This document shows, piece after piece, positions 10,311-19,781 of a DNA stretch of 49,849 nt. This DNA is from Bacilli bacterium (GTDB lineage: Bacteria; Bacillota_I; Bacilli_A; RF39; UBA660). Position numbers and translations under genes: made by a program. Location: assembly GCA_016283075.1 (NCBI GenBank), contig JAEEMF010000001.1, forward strand, positions 1 through 49,849, written 5' to 3'. The notes under the pieces were generated by a model, which did not search any database, was not told the DNA's origin, and was given only the letters and a program-made list of their open reading frames with translations. Positions within the stretch are counted from its first letter, which is position 1. The number at the start of each line of letters is the position of its first letter.

Positions 10311-11516
10311 TTATTTTAATACAAATATTCCATCTTCTAAAACCTTATATTCTTTATTATCACTAGTAATACCAGTTATATTTAAATCATCTGTTCCTAT
10401 CATAAAATCAACATGATTTAAACAGTTATTAAGTCCTAAATTAAATAGCTCGTCTTTACTCATATTGTTTCCATTTTCATAACATTCTGGGAATGAATCA
10501 CCAAGTGCTATATGACATGCTGCATTTTCATCAAAAAGCGTTTCATAAAAGATTAATCCAGTTTTATTAATAGAAGAGGTTTTTTCTACTATTGCTACTT
10601 CCCCTAAGTAATCTATATTAGGAGTTGAACTAAGAAGTTCCTTAAGAGTATCATACCCAGTTTCAGCTTCAAAACCAGTTACCTTACCATCTTCAAAAGT
10701 AATATGAAAATTATCTATAATATTATCTTGGTAACTAAGTGGTTTAGAATTATATACTACCCCGTTTATAGATAATCTATCAGGTGAAGTAAATACTTCT
10801 TCTGTAGGAAAATTAACAAGTACTTTCTTATTATTTATCTTACTATATCCAGTTTCCCATATATGTTTAGTAGGAAGACCTATAGTAAAATTAGTACCAT
10901 TATTACTACTATATCTTAATTTAGAAAAATGATACTTATTTAATAAAGAGGCTTCATTTTCAAGTCTTTCTAATTTCTTATCCCAAAAACCTTCATCTTC
11001 TATATGACATATTTCAAATATAGTATTCCAAAGTCTATCTACATCTTCCCTTCCAAATATCTTTTTAGACCATAAAGAAGTAGGAACACATGCTATACAC
11101 CAAGGAAGCATATTTTTATCTCTTAAATCATCAAAATCTTTTCTGGTAGATAAACTATATGTAGTAAGTTCTGATATCTTTTTAGGATCTACATCTTTCA
11201 TTAATCCTGGCATCTCTGATGCAAGCATTAAAAATGCTGCTCCTTTTAAAGCATATTCATTCCATACTTTCTTATTAAAATATGGTGTTTCTTTAAGATC
11301 ATCTATACTCTTATTTAGAAGTAACTCATGCTTTTTATATGTATCAACACTTTCTATATAAATGTCTTTTACTCCTTTTTTAATTGCGAGATCTTTTATA
11401 ATATTTGCAAAATCTTCTCTTTCTTTATTAACACTTATAAATAAAGGTTTATCTATATCTATTTTTAAACAAGTATCAAGTATAATGCTTGCATATTTAA
11501 TCATTTTGTCTTTCAT
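10311..11516 (-). CDS. M29 family aminopeptidase (AmpS/PepS type)
   Basis: NFPTEEVFTSP, LGEVA, LFDENAACHIALG and HVDFMIG motifs. Confidence 0.92.
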   Translation of the reverse strand: MKDKMIKYASIILDTCLKIDIDKPLFISVNKEREDFANIIKDLAIKKGVKDIYIESVDTYKKHELLLNKSIDDLKETPYFNKKVWNEYALKGAAFLMLASEMPGLMKDVDPKKISELTTYSLSTRKDFDDLRDKNMLPWCIACVPTSLWSKKIFGREDVDRLWNTIFEICHIEDEGFWDKKLERLENEASLLNKYHFSKLRYSSNNGTNFTIGLPTKHIWETGYSKINNKKVLVNFPTEEVFTSPDRLSINGVVYNSKPLSYQDNIIDNFHITFEDGKVTGFEAETGYDTLKELLSSTPNIDYLGEVAIVEKTSSINKTGLIFYETLFDENAACHIALGDSFPECYENGNNMSKDELFNLGLNNCLNHVDFMIGTDDLNITGITSDNKEYKVLEDGIFVLK

Positions 11517-11545
11517 ATTACCACCTATAAAAAGTAGGTATTACC

Positions 11546-11869
11546 CTACTTTATTAATTTCTTTCCGTTAAATTTATCAAGATATTCTTTAAATTCTTCA
11601 TCAGTAAATAATGCTTTATTTTGTATAAGCATATTTCTTTTAGCATCTTCTACTGTTTTAAATACTGCTTCATTTATGTTAACAAAATACTGCGTAGCAA
11701 TACTAAGTTCCATGCAATAATTAAGATTATATGCTTTTAATTCGGCATCGGTCCAAGGTTTATCAAGCGCTTCTCTAATTTGATTTCTTTTCTCTTCCTT
11801 TTTCCTTTCATTATTTTCTTTAATTTTTAGTAGTTCAGACTTGATGTAATTTAAAAAATTCTTTTTCAT
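11546..11869 (-). CDS. Hypothetical protein
   Basis: AGGAGAG RBS and own TGATATAAT promoter (11895-11903); no recognisable motif. Confidence 0.7.
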   Translation of the reverse strand: MKKNFLNYIKSELLKIKENNERKKEEKRNQIREALDKPWTDAELKAYNLNYCMELSIATQYFVNINEAVFKTVEDAKRNMLIQNKALFTDEEFKEYLDKFNGKKLIK

Positions 11870-11917
11870 ATTACTCTCCTAACTCTATATAAGTATTATA
11901 TCATAAAAAAACGAATA

Positions 11918-12430
11918 TTATCTAAAATATCCGTTTTGTACCATTTTCGTTTCATTAACAATTATAAATGCTTTATCATCTAGTTCTTTAATTAGTTTTC
12001 TTAAAGAAGTAATTTCTTTCTTCTTTATTTCTATAATAAGCATATATCTTTTAACATCATCTTGACCTTTAACATCAAGAACACTTACAGCAAAACCATT
12101 TTTCCTTATAAAAGATACTACTTCATCATTTGCAGAAGAAAGTATTACTTGAACAGTTAAATTACCACTAATTAACTTTTCAGAGAAGAATCCTCCTACT
12201 AAAGTTCCTACCGCATAACCACCTGCATAACTCATTCCTACTAGAAAACTAGAATAATCTGTATTTAAAGCTTCTCTTACTATTAAGAACCATATTAATA
12301 CTTCTATAAAACCAATTATACTTGCTAAAACAGTTTTACCTTTAACAGTAATAATTGTTCTTACTGTACTTAAAGCAACATCAAATATTCTAACAAAGAA
12401 TATCTCTAAACATAATAATAAAACTTCCAA
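11918..12430 (-). CDS. DUF5698/DUF2179 (UPF0316-like) membrane protein
   Basis: RIFDVALSTVRTI...GFIEVLIW...YAGGYAVGT TM module plus a C-terminal soluble domain ending DDKAFII; TTG start after AGGAG. Confidence 0.85.
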   Translation of the reverse strand: MEVLLLCLEIFFVRIFDVALSTVRTIITVKGKTVLASIIGFIEVLIWFLIVREALNTDYSSFLVGMSYAGGYAVGTLVGGFFSEKLISGNLTVQVILSSANDEVVSFIRKNGFAVSVLDVKGQDDVKRYMLIIEIKKKEITSLRKLIKELDDKAFIIVNETKMVQNGYFR

Positions 12431-12456
12431 AGTATCAAGCTCCTAACTATTTATTA

Positions 12457-13236
12457 TTATCTTTTTAAGGAAACCATTTTATCAACTATATCTTTAACAT
12501 TGTTTTCATTAAATGGTTTTTGAAGTACATCTACTATAGGATAAGTAAATGCTCTCTCTACAGTATCTTTTGAGTCATCTCCTGTAATAATAGATACTGG
12601 AATAATATTATATAGATTATTTACATCTAAGTAATCTAATACTTCAAATCCATTAACATTTGGCATATTAAGATCAAGTAAGATACATGCAAGACTATCA
12701 AAAGTTGTTGTATTAAGTATATCTATAGCTTCTCTACCATCATGTGCTACTACTACATTATAAGTATTATTAAATATTTTAGAAATAAAGTTTCTAATAA
12801 TATCTGAATCATCTACAACTAAAATCGTTTTAGAATTAGGATTTAAAGTAACTTCTTCTTTAACATCTTGAATAGTTGTATTACCAATATATCTTTTTAA
12901 AGTACTAACCATTAAATTAACTTGGTTAAGCATTTCTTCATAAGAAGCATCTGCTCTAGATAAATTATTTTCTTTACCAGCTAGTTCTTCTTCATATGCT
13001 ACTTCAGCAAGTTTAGTAAATCCTAGATATCTTGCATCACTTTTAATTGAATGTGCATATATAGCAAAGTTTGCTAAATCATTATTACCCTTAGATTCTT
13101 TTAAATTATTTAATTTAGAATCAATTTCATTTAAGAAGTCAATTACAGTTTCATCATATGTTTCCATATCTCCTAAAACTTCTAGACTTCCATTAACATC
13201 AACCCCATTTTCAATTAAAATATTTACATCTTTCAT
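12457..13236 (-). CDS. Hpt-receiver phosphorelay protein (copy 1)
   Basis: Hpt motif AHSIKSDARYLG; receiver motifs VVDDS, LLDLNMP, ITG, KPF; no output domain. Confidence 0.88.
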   Translation of the reverse strand: MKDVNILIENGVDVNGSLEVLGDMETYDETVIDFLNEIDSKLNNLKESKGNNDLANFAIYAHSIKSDARYLGFTKLAEVAYEEELAGKENNLSRADASYEEMLNQVNLMVSTLKRYIGNTTIQDVKEEVTLNPNSKTILVVDDSDIIRNFISKIFNNTYNVVVAHDGREAIDILNTTTFDSLACILLDLNMPNVNGFEVLDYLDVNNLYNIIPVSIITGDDSKDTVERAFTYPIVDVLQKPFNENNVKDIVDKMVSLKR

Positions 13237-13250
13237 ATTATCCCTCGTTT

Positions 13251-15104
13251 CTATTTTGTAAGATACTTATTTAATATTTTACTTAATTCATCTTTGTTGA
13301 TTGGTTTAGCAAGATAGTCATCAAATCCATCATCAATATATTTAGTCTTTATTCCATTAGAAGAATTTGCTGTAAGTACTATTACTTTAGTATTAAATCC
13401 TTCAATAGTTCTAAGTTTTCTTAGAGTATCAACACCACTTAATTCAGGCATCATATCATCCATAAATATTAAATCAAAAACTTCATGATTTTTTATTTTG
13501 CTTATACAATCACTACCACTTGTAACACTATCTGTTAAACAGTTAAATGTCTTAAGTAGTCTTTCTACAACCTTTATATTTAAAGGATTATCATCTACAA
13601 TAAGTATTCTTTTACCAGTAAAATCAGTAAGTGCTGGAATATCTTTTTCATCTTTAATAATAGCATTAGATATTTTTTGATTTATTACTACTGTAAATTT
13701 AGAACCCTTTCCATAGACACTTTGTACCATTACAGTACCATGCATCATTTGAACTAGTCTTTTTGTAATAGCAAGACCAAGTCCTGCTCCTTCAACTTTT
13801 AAAGCTTTGGTTGTTTCAAGCTTTTCAAATTTTTTGAAGATTTTTTCTAAGTCTTCTTCTTTTATACCAATACCGGTATCTTCAGAAGATATAGTAAGCA
13901 CGCACTCACCATCAACAATCTTACTATCTACAGAAAATATTACTTTTCCGTGTTCAGTAAACTTAATACTATTAGATAGTAATTGATTCATGATTTGAGT
14001 AACTTGAAGAGGATCACCAAATAATACTTTTGGTAAATTAGGGCTAATGTCAAATATTACTTCAACATCTTTATTTCTAGCCCTTATTTTCATCTTCTGC
14101 TTTACTTCTTTTATTATATCATTAAGTGAGTAATCTGTCTCGTATAATTCAAATTTACCTGCTTCCATCTTAGAAATATCAAGTATTCCATTTACTATAT
14201 CCATAAGTACATATGAAGAATATTCTATTTCTTCTATACTTTCTTTAGTAGCATCATCACTTTTCTTTTCACTAAGAAGCTGAGAAAAACCAAGTATTGC
14301 ATTTAAAGGAGTACGTATTTCATGACTCATATTTGATAAGAAATCATCTTTAGCACTCGCTGCAGTTTCCGTTTGCTTTTTAGTAAACTCAAGTTCATTT
14401 ATAAGTTCAATATTTGGATTATCCAAAGTAAAATATAAAAGGAACAGAGTAAATGATATAGCAAAAGTATTAATTATTACCCCTGGAAATACTGTTTCTA
14501 AGACAAAACATATAAATGTTAAGAATATATATATAACATAAGTGATTAACTTATTAAAATCAATTTCATATAAATGTCTAGATAACTTTATAATCCATAT
14601 AATTGCATATATTATATTCATAAAGAATACAAATACCATTACTGGTCCTCTAAAGAAATATCTAGTATTATCTATATAAAAATGAATTGGCAATATCATT
14701 ATAATAATTGACTGAATAATAGTTATAGCAAATCCAAATATAATAATTCCTCTATTATATCTAAGACCTAAATTACAATATTCTTTTTTAATACCTTTAG
14801 TAGATACATGTAAGAAATATGTAAGGCATACTACATAAAATAACTGTAAGCATAAATAACTCTTAGTAAATAACACTTTACTTATGTTTTCACCAGGATA
14901 CTTATGCATAAAGTATACACTTATTATATTAATGATAATGGATCCTATAACAGATATTATTAATATAGAATAAATGGCGTTTTCTTCTGTTTTTAGTTTA
15001 CTCTTTTTATAAAAAACATAAGATATTATTAATATAAATATTAAACATATTATTGGAATATGTATAACATTAAGATAATCCAAATATTTTTCCATAGTAT
15101 ACAT
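13251..15104 (-). CDS. Membrane hybrid histidine kinase (multi-TM sensor, HisKA, HATPase, REC)
   Basis: [27 protein letters not shown] and receiver IVDDN...FMDDMMP...KP. Confidence 0.93.
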   Translation of the reverse strand: MYTMEKYLDYLNVIHIPIICLIFILIISYVFYKKSKLKTEENAIYSILIISVIGSIIINIISVYFMHKYPGENISKVLFTKSYLCLQLFYVVCLTYFLHVSTKGIKKEYCNLGLRYNRGIIIFGFAITIIQSIIIMILPIHFYIDNTRYFFRGPVMVFVFFMNIIYAIIWIIKLSRHLYEIDFNKLITYVIYIFLTFICFVLETVFPGVIINTFAISFTLFLLYFTLDNPNIELINELEFTKKQTETAASAKDDFLSNMSHEIRTPLNAILGFSQLLSEKKSDDATKESIEEIEYSSYVLMDIVNGILDISKMEAGKFELYETDYSLNDIIKEVKQKMKIRARNKDVEVIFDISPNLPKVLFGDPLQVTQIMNQLLSNSIKFTEHGKVIFSVDSKIVDGECVLTISSEDTGIGIKEEDLEKIFKKFEKLETTKALKVEGAGLGLAITKRLVQMMHGTVMVQSVYGKGSKFTVVINQKISNAIIKDEKDIPALTDFTGKRILIVDDNPLNIKVVERLLKTFNCLTDSVTSGSDCISKIKNHEVFDLIFMDDMMPELSGVDTLRKLRTIEGFNTKVIVLTANSSNGIKTKYIDDGFDDYLAKPINKDELSKILNKYLTK

Positions 15105-15105
15105 C

Positions 15106-16986
15106 CTACCTTAAAAATTTAATAAGTATTTCATCTAATTCTTCTACATTAATAGGTTTAGCTAAATACTCATCAAATCCTTGCTCTAAATATTTTTCTC
15201 TAATACCAGTAATAACATTTGCCGTAAGCATCACTACTGGAATATTAAATCCATTTATTTTCTTAAGTTTTTTAAGAGTTTCTGTACCAGATAAACTAGG
15301 CATAACATCATCCATAAAGATTAAATCAGTCTTATTACCAAAAATAGCATATTTAATAGCCTCTTCACCAGAACGAAGTGAAGTAACATTTATTCCATAT
15401 TTAGAAAGAAATTTAGTAATAACTTTAATACTAGTAACATTATCGTCTACTACAAGAACATTCTTACCTTTAAATAAGTTTAAAGAAGATACCTTTATTT
15501 CTTCTTTAACAGGTTTTATAACATTAGTATTAATACCTTGAATTAGTTCAACAGTAAACGTAGAACCCTTACCATATTCACTTGTAACAGATATCTTACC
15601 ATTCATAAGATCAACAAGCCTTTTAGTAAGTGCTAAACCTAGCCCAGTACCTTCAATTTGCATTTGTCTTTCTACACCAAGTCTATCAAATTTAGTAAAT
15701 AATCTATTTAAATCTTCTTTCTTTATACCAATACCTGTATCTTCTACTGAAATAATAAGAGTGCAGTATTTATCAGATAATTTGGCATTAATTTTAAAAT
15801 CTACATACCCTTCTTTAGTATATTTAATAGCATTAGTAAGTATATTAAGTACTACTTGTTTAACATGAATAAAGTCACCTATTAAATATTCAGGAATATA
15901 TGGATCAGCCCATGATCTAAATTCTATATTTTTACCATTTATTCTTGATTTACCAAGTAAACATAACTCATCAAATAATTTCTTAAATCTATATGAATTA
16001 GTCTTTATTTCAAGAATATTTGACTCTATTTTAGATATATCAAGAATACCATTTATAGTATCCAGTAAACTATTAGATGCAACGAGTATTGAGTTAACTC
16101 CATCATTAATTTCTGGATCCTTATTATTTTCTTTAAGTATTTCGGAAAAGCCCACTATAGAATTTAAAGGAGTACGTATTTCATGACTCATACTAAGAAG
16201 GAAATTAGTTTTACCTTCATTAACATCTTCAGCTTTCCTCTTAGCTTCTGTAAGTTGATTTATTATTTCATAATCAGGATTTTGTACAGTAAAGTACATT
16301 ATAACAAGTGTTATAGTAAGCATTATAGTAGCAGTAATATTCTTAATAATAAATACTTGTAAGATAGTATAAATATTAAAACCAAGTATTATAGTAAATA
16401 TTACATGCTTAGTAGGACTACTAACATACTTCCACCTTAGACATAATAAAAAAACTAGTACAATAATTCTAATTAGAAATGCCCCATAAATAAAGATCTT
16501 TATTGAAGAAAGACCAAATAATACAGCATTATTATAAGGAAGCATTAAAATAACACATAATTCTATAACAGATATTGAATAAGATAAAGCAGTAAAGTTT
16601 TTTATCGAATTATCTCTTTTTCTCTCATTACGTTTTGCATAATCAGCATCAAGAGACTTTAAAAATATTTTCGTTTTATGATAATCCGAATTAATTAGTA
16701 TTATTGAATACATAAGAATAATATTAATATTTAGTATTAATGCATAATAATATATAGCTTTTGTAATATATGATATATAAGAATTAGAAGTAAAAATTGC
16801 CAGTGAAAGAGAAGAAATAATATCTAAACAAATACATATAAAAACCATAAATAGTAAAAATGAATATTTCTTACTTTCAACATTGTTAATACGTTTTTTA
16901 GAGAAGTATGCAATAATCATTGCAATATTAAAAAGAAGCGCAACAATTTGTGTATCTATTTGGTCAAGTATTGTAACTAATTCCAT
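15106..16986 (-). CDS. Membrane hybrid histidine kinase (multi-TM sensor, HisKA, HATPase, REC)
   Basis: [27 protein letters not shown] and receiver VVDDN...FMDDVMP...KP. Confidence 0.93.
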   Translation of the reverse strand: MELVTILDQIDTQIVALLFNIAMIIAYFSKKRINNVESKKYSFLLFMVFICICLDIISSLSLAIFTSNSYISYITKAIYYYALILNINIILMYSIILINSDYHKTKIFLKSLDADYAKRNERKRDNSIKNFTALSYSISVIELCVILMLPYNNAVLFGLSSIKIFIYGAFLIRIIVLVFLLCLRWKYVSSPTKHVIFTIILGFNIYTILQVFIIKNITATIMLTITLVIMYFTVQNPDYEIINQLTEAKRKAEDVNEGKTNFLLSMSHEIRTPLNSIVGFSEILKENNKDPEINDGVNSILVASNSLLDTINGILDISKIESNILEIKTNSYRFKKLFDELCLLGKSRINGKNIEFRSWADPYIPEYLIGDFIHVKQVVLNILTNAIKYTKEGYVDFKINAKLSDKYCTLIISVEDTGIGIKKEDLNRLFTKFDRLGVERQMQIEGTGLGLALTKRLVDLMNGKISVTSEYGKGSTFTVELIQGINTNVIKPVKEEIKVSSLNLFKGKNVLVVDDNVTSIKVITKFLSKYGINVTSLRSGEEAIKYAIFGNKTDLIFMDDVMPSLSGTETLKKLKKINGFNIPVVMLTANVITGIREKYLEQGFDEYLAKPINVEELDEILIKFLR

Positions 16987-17034
16987 ATTCTCACTTCCCT
17001 ATCCTAACATTATTAGTATAACATAAATAAACAT

Positions 17035-17061
17035 AAAAAAAAACAGATAAAAATCTGTTTT
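17035..17061 (-). terminator. Intrinsic terminator after Hpt-REC copy 2
   Basis: AAAACAGAT-aaaa-ATCTGTTTT with a long U-tract on the minus strand. Confidence 0.65.
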
Positions 17062-17839
17062 ATAAGTTTGAATTAATAGATATCATCTTTTCAATTACAA
17101 GTCTAATATCTCTTTCATTAAATGGTTTTTGAAGAACACCTACTATTGGATAATTAAATGCTCTAGTAGTAGTTTCCTTAGAATCATCACCAGTAATGAT
17201 AGCAACTGGTATTTTAACAAATAAATTATTATTTTTTAAGTAATCTAATACTTCAAACCCATTTACATTAGGCATATTTAAATCTAAAAGCATACCAATA
17301 ATATTACCATATGAATTAGTACCAATTATATCAAGTGCTTCTTTACCATCATGAGCAACTAATACTAAGTAATTATTATCGAATATCTTTTGAATAAATG
17401 TTCTAATTACATCAGAATCATCTACAACTAAGATAGTTTTATCTTTTACAGCAGGAGCTGGTGCTACAGTAGTAGTAATAGCTTCTCCCATATATGTTTT
17501 TAAAACATTTATAATTCTATTAGCCTCACCAACAAGTGCATCATAATTTTGATATACATAATTTATATCATTAGCTTTACTTTGCATTTCATGGTTATAA
17601 GCAAGTTCAGCAAGTTTAGTAAGTCCTAAATATTTAGCATCACTTTTTAAAGAGTGAACAAGTATTGCATAATTAGGCATATCACCTGCTACTTTATATT
17701 TTTCGATATCAGCAAGTTTAGTAGTAACACCTGCTAAGAAATCTGTAACAGTTTCATCATATGTAGCCATATCACCAAATAGTTCTAGACTACTAGCAAC
17801 ATCTACTCCATTTGAAGTTAATATATTTGAATCTCTCAT
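17060..17839 (-). CDS. Hpt-receiver phosphorelay protein (copy 2)
   Basis: Hpt motif VHSLKSDAKYLG; receiver VVDDS, LLDLNMP, KPF; same length (259 aa) as, and clear paralog of, 12457-13236. Confidence 0.88.
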   Translation of the reverse strand: MRDSNILTSNGVDVASSLELFGDMATYDETVTDFLAGVTTKLADIEKYKVAGDMPNYAILVHSLKSDAKYLGLTKLAELAYNHEMQSKANDINYVYQNYDALVGEANRIINVLKTYMGEAITTTVAPAPAVKDKTILVVDDSDVIRTFIQKIFDNNYLVLVAHDGKEALDIIGTNSYGNIIGMLLDLNMPNVNGFEVLDYLKNNNLFVKIPVAIITGDDSKETTTRAFNYPIVGVLQKPFNERDIRLVIEKMISINSNL

Positions 17840-17878
17840 ATCTTCACCTTCTCTATAATCATTATAACATATAATTTA

Positions 17879-19686
17879 TTAATTATCTAAGAATTTAGTC
17901 ATTATTATACTTAATTCCTCTTTTTTAAGAGGCTTAGCTAAATAATCATTAAATCCTAAATTAATATATTTATCTCTCATACCAGTAATAGCATTTGCTG
18001 TTAAAGCAATAGTTGGTATATTAAATTCTGGTAACTCTTGAAGTTTTTTAAGAGTTTCAACACCACTCATCTTAGGCATTAAATCGTCCATAAAGATTAA
18101 ATCAAAGTGTTCACCACTAGATATCTTATTAATTGCTTCTTGACCACTTTGAACAGCTTCAGTGTCAATTTTATACTCTCTAAGAAGTCTTTGAGCAACC
18201 TTAATATTAACCATATTATCATCAACAATAAGAAGTTTCTTACCAGAGCAATCAATTACTTTAGAAGATTTTTCATCTTTACCAAGTACTTCTTCAACAG
18301 GAACATCTTTAGCAATAGCTTGATCTATAGCAATAGTAAATTTAGAGCCTTCTCCGTAGATACTTTGTACTACAATGGAACCATTCATTAAATCAACTAA
18401 CTTCTTAGTAATAGCAAGACCAAGTCCAGTACCTTCAATAGTAATTTCTTTTTCTACACCAAGTCTATCAAATTTACTAAATAATCTATTAATATTAGCT
18501 TCTTTAATACCAATACCAGAGTCTTCTACAGATATAATTAATCTACACATATCTCCTTGAATAATAGAACTAATTCTAAAATCAATATATCCTTCTTTAG
18601 TATACTTAATAGCATTAGTAAGTATATTAAGAATAACTTGTTTAATACGAGAGTGATCTCCATATAATACAGGAGGTATCGTAGGATCTATATTATATCT
18701 AAAGTCGACTGAACTTTCTCCTATACGAGCCTTAGATAAAGTAACAAGTTCATTAAATAATTTATGGAAACTATAATTACTATCAATAATATCTAATTTA
18801 TTAGCTTCAATCTTAGAAATATCAAGAATACCATTAACTATTTCAAGAAGTGTATTAGAAGCAGAAATAATATCTTCTACTTCATCTTTAGCACTTGCAG
18901 GAATATCTTCTTCCTCTAAAGCCTGTGAGAAACCAACAATAGCATTTAAAGGAGTACGTATTTCATGACTCATACTAGCTAAAAACTCGCTCTTAGCATT
19001 GTTAGCATCATCAGCTTGTTTCTTAGCTACTTCAAGTTGCTCTACCATCTTAACATCAGGATTTTCAATAGTATGAAACATTATAAAAACCGTTAAGAAA
19101 TGAACAGCAGTCGAAATAGTAAAATCCGGATTATATTTTTGAATAAAAGTTATAATTAACATTAAAAGAACTAATAACAACATAGGGAAAAATTTTGAAA
19201 ATTTATTAGCTTTCCTATTTGAAAGAAAAACTATAAAAAATATAACAAAAAGGATTGAAGAATATATATAAATAAAATCAACGCAAGTACCCGAAGCATA
19301 TCCTTTATGTTGTTCAAAAGGCAACACTAAAATTAGTATTGTTGAAATAAGATATATTATCCACGAAATAAACTTAAAGTTTTTTGAAAATGACTTATCA
19401 TGGAAACCCACTTTATATATTTCAAATTCGTAGAAAAGAATGATAGATAAAAATGTAATAATATAAACGAAATATAGTTTAATTATTACAGTAGTCAGTG
19501 CTGTATTTAAATACATATTACTAAGATAAATACTAAGCATTTCTAAAATAATACCAATCATGTTGGTAATTATAAGTAACTTATAAATAATAGTTTCCCC
19601 AGAAACAATGCTTTTTTTGTAAAAAAAGCAATAATCAAAGACAAACTAAGAATAAAACAAAGACCTAACATTAATAAATATTCCAT
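17879..19686 (-). CDS. Membrane hybrid histidine kinase, 5' end frameshifted at homopolymer runs (phase-variable, recoded, pseudogene or assembly error)
   Basis: Kinase and receiver motifs are intact in 17879-19561. The likely true start is ATG 19686 with an AGGTGGTGG RBS; its frame stops at 19570, but one extra base in the T7/A7 runs (19612-19627) fuses it to the long ORF and restores the F-x-KK...E...Y pattern of both paralogs. Confidence 0.85.
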
Positions 19687-19751
19687 AAAGCCACCACCTG
19701 TATTTTATATATCCTACTTCATTATATAACACATTTAGAATTAAAAGCAAT

Positions 19752-19777
19752 AAAAAAGAGTCATTAGACTCTTTTTT
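19752..19777. terminator. Intrinsic terminator after the adenylate-forming enzyme gene
   Basis: AAAAAAGAGTC-atta-GACTCTTTTTT. Confidence 0.85.
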
Positions 19778-19781
19778 GAAA

